Assembly (NCBI GenBank): GCA_036172245.1
Contig: JAYWIR010000003.1
Coordinates: 1,612,001-1,676,000 of the forward strand
Direction: 5' to 3'
Source of the DNA: Raillietiella orientalis
Taxonomy: Eukaryota
DNA length: 64,000 nucleotides
The translations under genes and the position numbers were made by a program. Below the pieces are notes generated by a model. That model ran no database searches and had not been told where the DNA came from. It saw only the letters and a program-made list of their open reading frames with translations. Positions within the stretch are counted from its first letter, which is position 1. Every line of letters begins with the position of its first letter. Shown here in pieces: positions 49,950-62,329 of this stretch.

Positions 49950-51330
49950 AAAATAAATGCAAAAAGGCATGCAGAGTTGCAGGGAAGATGAAGCGAATTC
50001 GCAGTCCCGGTGGGTCAGATGGGCCGCACAAGGGTTCCTCCAGCCGCCGCGACGATCCGAATGTTCCAGCGGTCGCTGAGGATCTCAGGACACTCCGGGG
50101 AGAACCCACCCTTGCCGCGGGCTTCTCGAACGTTTGACAGCGGGCGACGCCAGGTCAGCTCGCGAAGCGCCCGTGAGCGACTCAGGGCCTTCGGATGCGA
50201 GCTGCAAGGAGGACAGGTCATCACTCTGGAGTCTGTGACGTCCGAGCGCGTGGTCAAGGTTTCCTCGGAACTCGGAACGCTTTCGGCCGATTCGCGAACG
50301 CGCGGCTGAGAACCGCGGGACGGGCTCTTCGAGCGAGAGCCGGGAGGTGGTGAGGCGCCTTCCTCGACGAGCTCTGAGAGCGGAAAAGCTGGCGGCGTCC
50401 TGCCAGCGCTTCAGAAGAACGGCGGACGTTCCGTGATCGGCCTGCAGAGTCGGGAGGGAAGCAGAAGCTGCCCGCGACCCTTCAGGCCGGAAAGGAATGA
50501 AGTGGCGGTCAAACAGTAGTGGTGTCCATGGAACAGCAGCGCAACACACGAGCACACTTCTCTGGGAGTTTGCTCTCGTTGCTTCTCTGGGAGTTGTCAG
50601 CAGCCCAGAAAGAGGGAAGTTCGGACCATCCGCTGGCAGATGCCTGACGTGATCTGAGGAGGAGGAGGGGCTGTATCCTTGCTCTGCGGTTGATATCTGG
50701 GATAACCGGCAACAGCAGAGCAAGGAAGTAGCAATGCGCGCGCCCTTTCTCGAGAACTGAGATCCGATGTAGCCAGTTGGGATGCCGAAATGAAAGTAGG
50801 GATCGATGTGCCAAGGACGTCTTCACTCAGAGGAGGAGGATAGCAACGCGGTTTCGCCACTTCCGAAAACGCTGGCGGATGGCGACCCCTTTTATCGATT
50901 TCTCCAATTTTCCTCAGGGAGACCGCTCAACGCCCTCCTGGTGCTCACACTCGAAAGTCCTGATATGAATGACTGAAAGAAAGAGCTTTGAGGAAATGCC
51001 TCATCACTCCTCCCGGGAGCTGCAGACACTCCAGTTGAAGATCGTACGAGTAGTACCTTCGTGATCACTTTGGGAGTCAGCTTCACCGATCGCGAAGCCG
51101 AGGAGGAAGCAACCGCCTTGCTCCTTGCCACGAGGGAAACGATGCCATGGAGAGCGACTTCTCGCAGGAAGGGCGATTCGACCGAAACAGAACCTCCACA
51201 GGAAGAGCCGTCTGGTAAAAGCGCCATCCGACAGGAAGAATGCGAATCTGCCATTTTGTTCCTGCATCTCTCACTGCCTCCCGTCGCAGTCACGAGCGAT
51301 ACAATAGAGATATGCTCACGCAATTTTCTT
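49950..51330 (-). mobile_element. Decayed L1/Tx1-like ORF2 N-terminal half (APE plus linker)
   Basis: 'SLVARSKAVA' (RSRGVA), 'GVSAAP...FF' (NVYAP), 'SSSDH' (APE end) and 'RSRSPRQG' (KSPGxDG), in order. Confidence 0.5.
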
Positions 51331-51779
51331 CGTTGGTCATTTCGTGAATGGACGAGAAAGACCCCAGCAATTTCGCTATTCGATCTTCAGGGTAGCTCTC
51401 GGAGTCGGTTTCTGAATGATTAAAGGAATCATCTGCTTGCATTCACGGATCCTGGTTTGCCAGTGCATAGTACCCTCTTCGGAAGACCTGGGAACCTGGA
51501 TAAAGCAACGATTCCAGCTCGTCGTGAGCGATCCTGTAGATCCAATATTCGGGAGGAATTTCTTTTTCTCCTTTTTTTCTTTTTGAATCGTGACAGTCTG
51601 TCGCTTTGCAGCCTCCCTCAGTTCGAAACTCTTCATTCTTAACACATTTTCATGCAGCGGTGGTTTCCTGCAATCTTCAAAGAGCAGGCAGGTTCGCAAC
51701 AGTGGAAACTAAGCGTCTTTTCCTATTGCCGAAACACTAACATACGTCCTTTGTCGCTTGGCAACATGTCAGATGTGGC

Positions 51780-52680
51780 AAGGCGAAATGGATGGTGGGG
51801 GACGAGGTCGTGGCGCCGAACAGAGCTCGTAATTCCTTTTTGCGTTCCTTCCGAGTTTTAGGGACCGCTCTTTCTGCTCTAGTGCTTCTGCTCTATTGCA
51901 GCCCGATGCTCCCCATCCCCATCTTCCGCGACAAGAACTGCAGATGGGCTCACAAAGGGTCACCGGCCTGCTTGTTGAATCGTCTCCTGTTGAAGCTTGC
52001 GAAAGCTGCGCCTTCGCAAAATGAGCGGAAAAGCAGATGGGGCGTTCGTCCACGCGAGCCACTGCCAGTAGCAGAAATAAACCGTGGTGGTAATTTACAG
52101 CATCGGAACCGCCTCAGCAGCCGATGTGCCGGATCTGAAAGACATCAGTCGATCAGCTTCCGCAGACGTCAGCAACGTCGCAAGATCGCTTCTTGCGAGC
52201 TGCCACTCGTCGAGCGTCCCATCGGAAAGGGCGAAATGACGAAGGCGCCCTGAGAGTCTTCGAGTCTGGGTCAAAACATACCAGCGAGGAAAAGGTTCCG
52301 GCCGGCACGGAAGTCTGTCTCGTGCTGTTGAGCATCTTGAGATGCAGTTTGCTACACGGATCGCGGGGATGTGGACTCGGGTGAGGGCCGCGGTTCGGAG
52401 ATTATGGTCGGGAAGAGGGCGTCGGACTGGAGAAGGAAGCGCGACGGAATGGACGTGACCGGTGACGATGACGTTAGCTGTGGGTCGCAAGGATAGGTCA
52501 GAGGAACCTATGACGTTCGTAGGTCACTGGTCCACGAACGTGATAGGTTCCTGTGGATTCCGGCGCGCACTGGATGACGGCTGACTGTCCTGCTTATGTT
52601 TACTGATGCTAACGTCATGAGCCTTCAGTGATACTTATAATCATCAGCTGATCGAAATCCTTTCCAACTCTTTTTTTTTC
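51780..52680 (+). mobile_element. Possible R4/Dong-like RLE element C-terminus and 3' UTR remnant (contains the left IR arm)
   Basis: 'RQQRRKIA' (RHxxVxKI), 'NDEGALRVF...HTSEEKVPAGTEVCLV' (ENxxxxLxWD...TD...RPDIV) and 'LEKEARR...VTMTLAVG' (LxxExxxW..VxPxVVG). Very degenerate. Confidence 0.35.
51902..52569 (+). repeat. Left arm of a 668-bp inverted repeat
   Basis: Reverse complement of 53867-54534. I found four substitutions by eye. Confidence 0.95.
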
Positions 52681-52889
52681 TTCGATGCTCTGCAATTTCA
52701 CGTGCTCCCAGAGGAAAAGGAAACGCCGGACACTCGACTTCCTTGCCAGGCGGATGTCCTGGTGCAAGAAAGCGAAGCGTGGCTGCGTATCGGAGGAACG
52801 AATAGGTTTGGTGGCTAAGAGAAGGGACAGAAACCACCACTCCTCGCTCGCATGCGCGATGCCCTTTCGCCTGCCGCATCCCTGGCATC

Positions 52890-53285
52890 ACTTTGCTGTC
52901 TACTTGGGATTGTGGCGGCCTGAAGCTACGCGAGAGGAGGACGGTGCGATAGGGACGCCATCTGTTTCGCCCTGCTCTTCCTGTAGATGGCGTCTAGATG
53001 GCCCCACCTGGGTCACACCCACAAGGAATTTGCCAGCATCCTGGAAAGGATGCAGAGCACGCCCTCCAGCGGACAGTGATCTCTTCCCCAACCCTCTCAT
53101 TTTTGTGTATATTTTTTTTGATTTTTTTTTTCCTCCCTCCCCTGCCGAGGAGGGCCTCGCCGGCCTGCGTGCTGCTTACTGGGAAGGTTCCGAGCATTTT
53201 CTGACAATGTAAGGCTGATGGTCCTACAAAAGTATGTTTATTTTTTATAATAAATGTCCCGGCGTGACCAGGTGATAAACCACTA
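52890..53285 (+). mobile_element. Family A 3' end, in the IR spacer
   Basis: agatggccccacctgg...catcctgga...acagtgatc...T-rich tract...aataaatgtcccggcgtgaccaggtgataaa. Confidence 0.7.
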
Positions 53286-53866
53286 CCATCCTTTCTCGGC
53301 CATCTATGTGGAAGGGGAAGAGGGTCGCAGCGAAGGAAGTGCAGGAGAGAAACCACGAAGATTCTGGGGGGTCCAGCAATGTGAAAATAAAACAGCGCCA
53401 AATGGCACCTCGAGATAGCCAAATTACTAGAGAAGAAAAGAGGGAGAAACCCTCGCCGTAGAGAGCAGCTTGAGGTCAAAAGAAACCAATTTTTCTGCCA
53501 GAAGCGAGAGATGAAGCAGTGCCTGTTCCCTCAACCACTGAGGAATGGCTGGTGGTGCACGCGGCGACCCTCCAGCGTCATTCCAAACGAGGGCGGGCTC
53601 AAGTCTTCTACAAAAAAAGCAGTGCTTCAGGAGGGCTGCGGAGGCCCTCATGCTGCTAGCCTGTATTTCGGCTTGACTTCCCCAGAATCACGGGATCCAC
53701 GACTCCGAAAGAAAGCATTTCATGGTCGCTGCTGAGACCGAACCCTAAAATTCCTCTTTCCCTGGGAGAGCTTCCATCCCAAAGTCATTCCTGCTTCCGG
53801 CTCCGAAATGAGGCATTTGAATGACGATGATGTGGAAGGTTACCTCGGCATCCTGCGAGGATCTGA

Positions 53867-54534
53867 TGCGCGCCGGAATCCACAGGAACCTATCACGTTC
53901 GTGGACCAGTGACCTACGAACGTCATAGGTTCCTCTGACCTATCCTTGCGACCCACAGCTAACGTCATCGTCACCGGTCACGTCCATTCCGTCGCGCTTC
54001 CTTCTCCAGTCCGACGCCCTCTTCCCGACCATAATCTCCGAACCGCGGCCCTCACCCGAGCCCACATCCTCGCGATCCGTGTAGCAAACTGCATCTCAAG
54101 ATGCTCAACAGCACGAGACGGACTTCCGTGCCGGCCGGAACCTTTTCCTCGCTGGTATGTTTTGACCCAGACTCGAAGACTCTCAGGGCGCCTTCGTCAT
54201 TTCGCCCTTTCCGATGGGACGCTCGACGAGTGGCAGCTCGCAAGAAGCGATCTTGCGACGTTGCTGACGTCTGCGGAAGCTGATCGACTGATGTCTTTCA
54301 GATCCGGCACATCGGCTACTGAGGCGGTTCCGATGCTGTAAATTACCACCACGGTTTATTTCTGCTACTGGCAGTGGCTCGCGTGGACGAACGCCCCATC
54401 TGCTTTTCCGCTCATTTTGCGAAGGCGCAGCTTTCGCAAGCTTCAACAGGAGACGATTCAACAAGCAGGCCGGTGACCCTTTGTGAGCCCATCTGCAGTT
54501 CTTGTCGCGGAAGATGGGGATGGGGAGCATCGGG
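53867..54534 (-). repeat. Right arm of the 668-bp inverted repeat
   Basis: See the left arm. Mirror ORF pairs in the ORF track (52095-52490 minus / 53946-54341 plus) confirm it. Confidence 0.95.
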
Positions 54535-54849
54535 ATGAAATAGGGAATATCAATTTGTAGGGCTCAGATGACGGCGAACTGTTTTGCTTATGCTTACTGA
54601 TGCAGTCGTCATGAGCCTCCAATGATCCTTATAATTATCAGTTGATAGAGAGATCCTTTCCGGGTTGTTTTTCCTTTTTTCTGATTCATCTTTTTGAGCG
54701 TGCCTTCCTAATGAAGTGAGTTCAGACACCGACGCCCCCCGAGACAACTTTTTGTGCCACGCCAGCACACGTGTGACCATCTCTGGCCGCATATTCTGTT
54801 TCCGTATAATGAAAGTGACGCCCTTTTCTAGTTGGCCTTTTTAGAGGTC

Positions 54850-57800
54850 ATCAGGTTAGCATCCGCTGGCTAGTCGTTTCGGCTCGAGTCTCTCTTCGGT
54901 GAAGCGGGGAAGGGGACCTCCAGGGAAGATTCCAAAGGGCGCTGCGCCTCCCCCTCTAGCTTGGAGCTTCCTCCGACTGTGGAACCGGTTGGTACCAACA
55001 TATATAGTGGGAGGAAGGAGGGGGGGGGGAATAGCCACTTGGATGTGCGAACCGCAGAAGACACTCACCAAAAAAGATGAGACGCTTCTAGCAACGAGAG
55101 GGAATGAGGTGCCGCTCGTTTTTCAGAAGATCTGGGAGTCTGGAGATGATTCAGGCAACCCAGTTCGAGAGACGATTATTCCAGCCTTGGTGCTCCCGGA
55201 AAGGACTGGCATCCCAAGTTCTGTAAGCCCATCGCTCACACGATCGGAAAACGCTGAAGTCTCGGGAGGATCAGAACAGCGCAGATGGAAACGCTGGAAA
55301 AGCACGAGTCCCATCATCGAACCCACGTGCATCCGAAATCCACTTTTTACCAGAGACCGTCATGTACACTTTCTTTGTTCCGGGCGTACGTTAGCGTTGG
55401 AGAGTACGACTGGAGTCGACACAAGAGAAGCTGGCGCACGAGTAGGACGAGTAGGAGGCGCACGCCATTCGCTTCCTGTCCAATGGGAACCTCGTCGTCA
55501 GCGAACGGTACGCGCCAGACGTTCCGCTCGCGTGAGATCAAGAGCAGCAGGGATGTGCCATTCGCTCATTCGCCTCCCCACAGAACCCGGCTGCAGCCCT
55601 CGAAACCCTCGTGCTTCCTCTTCGGGGAGGGTCGGTCTCTCCCCCTTTGCCAGCGCGATGCTCGCTCGAGGCCCATAGTTCCTGCCGTCCGCACGAAGAG
55701 GGAGCGCGGCGGTGCCATCTGCGGCGCGCGTATTCCTCGTGCAGCACACGCGCCAGAGCTGCACTCTTGGAGGCTCGCGTGAGACCTCGACCCGTGAGTC
55801 CTGCACGCTTTCAAGAGGTGGATCTCGGGTCACCTCGTAGCACTGCGAAATTGCGAAAGTGTCTCGGAAAAAGACCAAGAGGAAGGAAATCTCTTTCGGC
55901 CCAGAGGAACTCCGGGATTACCTCGCTTGAGCGCAAAAATAAACGCTGGATTCATCTCCTTCCTTCCGTGCTGCGAAGGCCACAAGCCACCGCTGCTTTT
56001 GTTTGTTCTTCGGTGGAAAAGCACCCTTCATCTGCATATTGAATGCTCATTTGGATGCTCATATTTCCGATCACAGTCGTGCCTCGGTACTCGTCGGTAA
56101 TTCGTTCCGGAACTCATAACGAGTTCCGAAACCGTCGAGTACCTCGGTACGACTGTACTTTATACCGATGGTTCAGGTAGGCGTGCATCCTGTTATAAGC
56201 AGCCTGAAAGTGCACAGAAGGGAGCTGCATGAAGATTCCTTCCTTCCGACACTAACATATCCTTGAGGAACGCAAGGTGAGATAAGAGGCTGACATGAAG
56301 CCGTTGTTGGAGGTGGTGGACGCTGATCATACGTGTTTCTATTACACAGAACGAAGAATAGAAATTTGCCGGGTCCGGAGCAAGGAAACCGGGGAGGCCT
56401 GCATCTCACGATCGAGATGACTTGGAAAGGGGAACAGAAATGCGAGGACCTCAACTTGTCTGTAGGTCTCTCCCCGTGCACGGAACCAGAAAGGATAAAC
56501 AAAGTCCGGTTGTCGGTCTGGTGGATCCATGAGCTGGTTCCGGCAGTTCTGCAAAGACGGCCTGATAAGATGCGGCAGAGGGCTGGTGTTTGTGGCCAAC
56601 CGATGAGCCAGCGAATGGCTGCTCTTCTTAACGCTCGTCCTGTGCGGAGTGCCTGGACCATTTTCAATGACTTAGGCCGTGTTTCTTCGTTGCGTTTTGT
56701 TTTCTCTCTTGCAAAGTCTGCTGAAACTGTGTTTCCATGACGCTTTTCTTTTTCAACTCTTCAAGGTTCTGCTCATTTCACTCCTTCCTAAACACTGCTC
56801 TTCGTTCAACCCCTCCTCTTTCGTGGAAATACTACACCAACCATTATTAATGATGAAAATGCCTTCAATCTTAATATCCAGTAACACTCGCAGACCGACA
56901 ATAATCATGACCATAATCTCGAGAATGAAACTTCCGAGGAATATTCTTCGCAACATCTACGGAGGTTCCCTCAGTCAAACACCGTTGCAGACCTTCGACG
57001 TCAGGCACTTTGATCTTAGCCGAGAAGCGATCAGGCACGAAATAGAGAAGTAGAGTCCTGTAATCCCTCCACGAACTCTGGGAGAAAACCGAGCGGAAGG
57101 CTAGCAAGCAGTTTCTTTCTCAAGAGAAACCAATCGTTCCATGGGTCAGCGCTTTGAGCATTCTGGAAAGTGCCCCCCAGTCGTCTGAACGCCATTCTGA
57201 CCGCTCGCCAGAATCCTCGAGAAGTAATCAAGGGTGCAGGGTGGCGGGGTCTACCGATTCGCGAATCAGCTTTCTCTTCGCGCTAATGGGAAGTGCATTC
57301 CAGAAGCTCTCCGGATGACAGCGCCTCCATCTGCATCTCGATCATCCTTCCCACTGAGACTCGGAATTTCCTCCCTGAATTCTAAACATAGAAAAGAACG
57401 GGAATCCACCTCCCTCCAGCCCGCATTCGAGGAGGTCGCTTTCGTTTGGAACGAAGGGACCGCCTACAAGAACCGGGTTAGTCCCGGTAGGTCAGCAGGA
57501 AAAATGCGAATCACTCCAATTCGTTGAGGGAACGAATTTCTTGCAGTTGGGCCACAATCAGCTGGCCATGCTCAGTGGTCAAACTCAAGAGCAAAGCGAT
57601 GCTCTCCAGGATCGAATCAGACAACTTGAAAATGGGACGGCAGGCAAGCGCGCCACTTGCAGGGAAGTTGGCGTGGCCAATCAAGCTGGGAGCAACGATG
57701 TAGCCCAGAAGCACTAGCCGCGGAAAGTTCTGTTCAGCATCAAAGGAAGTATCGCCTTTCCCCGGCCAGCTCTCTCTCATTCCAGTTCTTATCAGGTTTC

Positions 57801-58100
57801 CGCAGGAGTTTCTTTCAGCAGCTCCTTTGTTCGTTCTTCGTCAACCTTCGCGACGCTTCAAGCGTTTTCGCTTCTTCCGATCCGCGGTGCGTGAATCGCT
57901 CGAAATCAAAGAGCCGCCGCGTGGACGCGTGCAAAACGAAGGTTCCTACTTCCCGTGGGCGTTCTCTTCCAGTCTCTCGGGATGTGTTCCTTCCCCCTGC
58001 CGCGTTCCGATTCGAGCGAGCTCCAGGAAAATGGCGGAATGAGAACTTCGGGGGGAGACCGCGACTGGCCGCCGCTCCAGGGGCTCGATCGGACAAGGTC
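54850..58100 (-). mobile_element. Decayed L1/Tx1-like LINE ORF2
   Basis: 'IVAQLQEI' (LQET), 'SEMSRTLKS*KRKA', 'LCRILSGRL' (KILANRL), 'GRKESSCSSLL' (RQGCPLSPLL), 'TNKSSGGLW...PGVPLG' (YLGVPLG) and 'LPEEEARGFRGL' (LPxxxGGLGL), in order. Confidence 0.6.
56074..56155. mobile_element. 82-bp palindromic MITE-like element (Tc1/mariner-pogo type ends)
   Basis: cagtcgtgcctcggtactcg...cgagtacctcggtacgactg folds along nearly its whole length (inner ggaactc/gagttcc). Flanked by CA and TA (TA TSD, one copy mutated). It interrupts the LINE. Confidence 0.6.
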
Positions 58101-58479
58101 ACCGCAGGATGGTTGTCATGAAGGGATTGCAGACCGCTGCAGCGAGGAATCGGTAGACTCTCGCAGCCCTAGGGCTTGAATTATGCATCCCTGCGCTCTT
58201 CCTGGTGCCACGTGCTCATCGCTTGCGGCCGCGTCAGAACACTCGTTCGAGTTGCCGGAGACTTCGCTCAGCACGTCCCAGACGATAAGCTTCAGAAGAT
58301 GCTGAACGCCCTGAAGGGATGTTCGGATGCCCTGGGTTCACCGCGCAGCACGCTCCAAACTCGAAACTCCAGAGATAACAAAGCCAGAGACGTTTTGAAG
58401 CGCCTCTTCCTGTGCGACGCCCTCACTCTGGCCGCATCCCCAGAAGCACTTTGTTGCCCACGTGGCGGGACTGTGGCTA

Positions 58480-58855
58480 CATGCAAGAAGCAGCAACGCC
58501 AGAGGAGGCCAGAACGACAGGGACGCCATCTATTTTGCTGTCCTCTTCATGAGGACAGCGTCAAGATGGCTCCATCTGGGAGTCTTGACAAAGGAACTTG
58601 CGAGCATCCTAACAAGGGTGCAGAGGACGCCCTCCAGCACACAGTGATCCCTTCTCGAACCTCCCATGTTTTTGACTGTTTTTCTTTTTGTTTGTCTCCC
58701 CTTCCCCTATGCTGCCGAGGCGAATCCTTCTGGCCTGCGTGCCCGTTCCCGGCAATTTCCTTCTCGTAGTTGTAAGTAACGTGGCAGGATCAAATGCCCT
58801 GCCACAGGCGTTTATTTTTTGAAATAAACGCCCCGGAGTGACCGAGTGTCAACCA
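58480..58855 (+). mobile_element. Family A 3' end
   Basis: agatggctccatctggg...acagtgatccc...aataaacgccccggagtgaccgagtgtcaaa. Confidence 0.7.
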
Positions 58856-60109
58856 AACTCGAAACTGCTAGCTGAACACCGCTGCTCCGGAAGTCAGGGA
58901 TTGCAGCCAGAACTTCCGGTTGCTCCCCGTGACCGTCGGCTGCCTCCACGTATCTGTGGAGAGGCACTCCGGAGGAAAGGATGGTTGGACCCAGCAGCGG
59001 CCGCCTTTCCGGCTTCGAGGGCGCAACGGGGGCAGGAGAGCCGCACCGTTGCAGGCCCCTCGACGTCAGGCATGGAAAAGAAAAGTCGAGCCACTGGGGT
59101 TCCGTCGAAGACCGTCACCAGTGGACCAATGGAGACCGAGGTACTGAAATCTTAAACTTCTCCCAGGATCTCGGCACCTTCTGCGCCCTGCTCCGGGGAA
59201 GACGTGCTTCCTGCTCGCGAAGGACCGGAAATGCGGCGGTCCTTGGTCCAGAAAAAAAAAAAAAAAAAAAAAAACTCCTAAAGGCTCTCGCCGCTCCATC
59301 TTTGACAACACCCTGACTCCTTTGAGCTACTTTCTGGTTTCCACGGGGATGCTCCGAATCTCGATGCCCTGCCTGTATGACCCGTGCCTGTTTCCCGCTC
59401 GATAGTCAGCTGCCTCGATGCTTCGAGCTGCATCCCTGGAAAGGCAGAGCCGGGCGAAACCTCGTCTTTTCGACACTGCGCGGGTATACGGGTTGATGAA
59501 TCTCGGAACAATTTCGCCCTCCACGGACCCAATCGTGACTCTTCTGCCCGGTCACTATTGTAAACATGCATTTCAACAATGAAGCTAATGACTATCCCTA
59601 GTTCTACTGTTGCCATCATTATAACAGCATTGTGAATAAAACTAAGACTACCCAACCCCTCTGTATTTTACTGCGTTTTCCTGTACGCTTATGGAACGTG
59701 GCGGGAGGAGGCTGTGAGCAGATGCATCCAGCTTCCTTGGGTCATTTTCCGTGGAAGCTTCCCCGTGAGAAAGACAACTGGATGAAGGGATCTCGAATGC
59801 CGAACCCACCACCTACACAGAGAATAGCACTTCTTGGACGCCATCAAGGAAGTGGTTAAAAGAACTGAATTGACCAGGATGTTTGGGCGCCTGTCTTTAA
59901 ACGACATGCGTAAACCAGTTCGACCTCCCAGCGGGCGGGGATCCACCCCAACCTTCCCGATTCCTGGATTGCCGCTAGGAAGCCTTCGTTCCATTATGAG
60001 AGTTCACCTGCATTTAGGTTCCCGCAAAGGGATCTCACGCGGCATCGGCAGAAGAGGAAAACCCTGACGGTGTATTCGTTGGAGAACGCACTGGTAGTTA
60101 GAAGGGTCA

Positions 60110-62300
60110 TCACCGCACACCCTTCGTGCGGAACCTTGGCGATGGACCCTTGCTTTTGTTCAGGGACAATCCTGCTTCTGAAGAGTTCGAATCGATTTCA
60201 TTTGCCAGGGCTTCCTGGAGCCCGGGAGGCCTAAGATGCGATTCAGGAGCCGCTGCCGCTGAGCATCTTCTGCGTGGAGGGGAGGGGGAGGGGATGATTC
60301 TGTTCTCGAGGAAACAAGTGCTCGTGTCGGAGAAGTGCAAGTCTGTTCCAGGAGTCCGATCTTCTAACATCACAGCGGGATGCAAGCAGAGCGCTCCGTC
60401 TTGAAGAGGGGCAAACGAGAAACAAGCGGACTCCACCAGCTGCTGCCCAGGCAACCGCTAGCAGCGTCAGGTCAGAGCTCTGCTTGCAATCGACCCAGAG
60501 GCAAGCAAGCGGCTGCCGTCGGGTAGGAAAGACGAAAAGCCTCAACTTGCGGATTTCGCATCCAAAGTTCCCATTTTTCTTTCTTGCCCGTTTGGTGTGT
60601 CGGACGTATTCGAGGTGGTGGGTCGGAGAGAGAAACTTTCCAAGCAGATGGCCAGCGCGCTGAGGCTGCCGACACTTTCCGCATCTCATCCCTAGTGTTT
60701 TATCCACAAAACCCATCTTAACGACTCGAAAAGTACTTGAAAGTACGGAAGTCCAGCAAGTAGAGATCTCTAAACGCTTCAGCTGCTGAGCACTTTTCGA
60801 AGGGGCGGGGAACAAAAAGAAAAAATCGCCTTCGTCAACCGCTCTTGTCGAGTGCGGTAGAACATTCCACGAGGAAATTCGCACGCAGGAAAGTCCACTG
60901 GTTCCCCCTTTGGATCCGCCTCGCTACACTGCCGTTCAGGAGTGGTCAGAACTCGAAGCGATGATTTCCGGAAGCTCTCTCTGCGTCGGATGCTGGAAAC
61001 TCCGAAAGACCTCACGGAAATAGGAAAAGGAATCGGAGTTTGTAGGACGACATGGAGGGAAGCGAAGGAAGAGTGAACCAGTGGACTTTGCCTCTCCCCC
61101 CTACCGAGAATAAAACTCCGGCATGCAAAAAAAAAAAAAAAGAGAGAAGGGGAGAAGGGGGTATACAGTCGATCTCTTGAGAATATCCTTTCATTTTATT
61201 TTCCGAAAAGGAAAGAGGAAAAAAGAAGAATGAACGATTTCCAAGGAAACGGAGACCGTATCGAGACTCTGAGAACCACTTGTTGGACTCTTACCTCTGA
61301 TGAGAATCATTTCTCTGCAGCAGATCTTCATCCCGTCCCCTTACGCTTCGGGCGAACTGTCGGAAACAGGGATCATGCTTCTGCTGGCCTCCGACTTGCT
61401 CGGATCCACTGCTGGCTTCCCAATGCAATGTGGGAGGCGCTACGAAACGGCACGACACGCCTCGCAGGGAGCACGGCAGACGCGTGCACGCCGGTAGGTA
61501 GACGCGACCGACAGCGCACGTCTGGGACCAACGCTTCCGAGTGACGACTTCACGAGCTCCGCGGATCTCTGATTTCAAGGAACGTGAGATAATGCAACCG
61601 AAGTCCAAGAAACGCAGCCTCGCTCTGGCGGGTTAATTGTTTCGTGGAGAATGAGTCGGGCCTGAGGTCCTGAGCTGGGTAGCAGGAACGCCGAGAGGGA
61701 ACGCGAGGTTTCTGGAACGTTTCGATTGTGAAATTCGCCAGCTCCCTCGACTTCTAGAGGAAGGCGGCGATCGGGAAAAGGTGGGTTTCTCCGGGAATGA
61801 GCGCTCCTCGCCCCGGAGAGCGAGAAGCGAGAAGAGCGCAGTTCCCGGAAACCTGCGGCGGGGGCCGCGAATCGTGATCTCGGTGTCCTTTACGTTTGCT
61901 CGAGTGTGGTTTCCTGGCGAGAGCCCCGTCAGCACTGCCGGTCCGATGCGTCCCTGGCTCTCCCTGCAGGAAGAGCCTGTTCTGCGTGTCCCCTTTGTTC
62001 CGCGGGGGCCCGCTGGCGTCTTCCAGCAGGCATCCGAGCGCGATTCCCAACAGGTTCGAGACGCAGAGGGCGCTGCGGCTGTCGGAAGAGCAGGATATTC
62101 CGTTCCGTAGAGGGCCGACGCGGTTGCCTCGTGCGGTTTCCAGATCTGGAGCGCGATTCTGAAGCTCTGGACGCAAAAAAGCCTCTGAGGGAAGCGTCCC
62201 CATGTCGATGCGATCCCAGAGGAAAGCTCAGACTTGCTTCCATAGCTAGGCTCTTTTTTCCACAGCGTCTTTTGGACTCTAGGTAATCCGCGACTCGGTG
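60110..62300 (-). mobile_element. Decayed LINE 5' half (ORF1 remnant plus APE endonuclease)
   Basis: 'MRISSWNV' (canonical APE start) at 60884 and later 'PGTDLHF' (SRIDxxF). Upstream 'FGCIISRSLKSEIRG...RVYL...LPCSL' resembles Tx1/L1 ORF1. Confidence 0.55.
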
Positions 62301-62329
62301 CTTCCAAGGAAACACGGACCTTGGCAATA

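Noticed and set aside
51902..54534. Interpreting the inverted repeat as the TIRs of a foldback/Mutator transposon
   Set aside because: No target-site duplication at the outer ends, the left arm is continuous with flanking retroelement sequence, and there is no transposase in the spacer.
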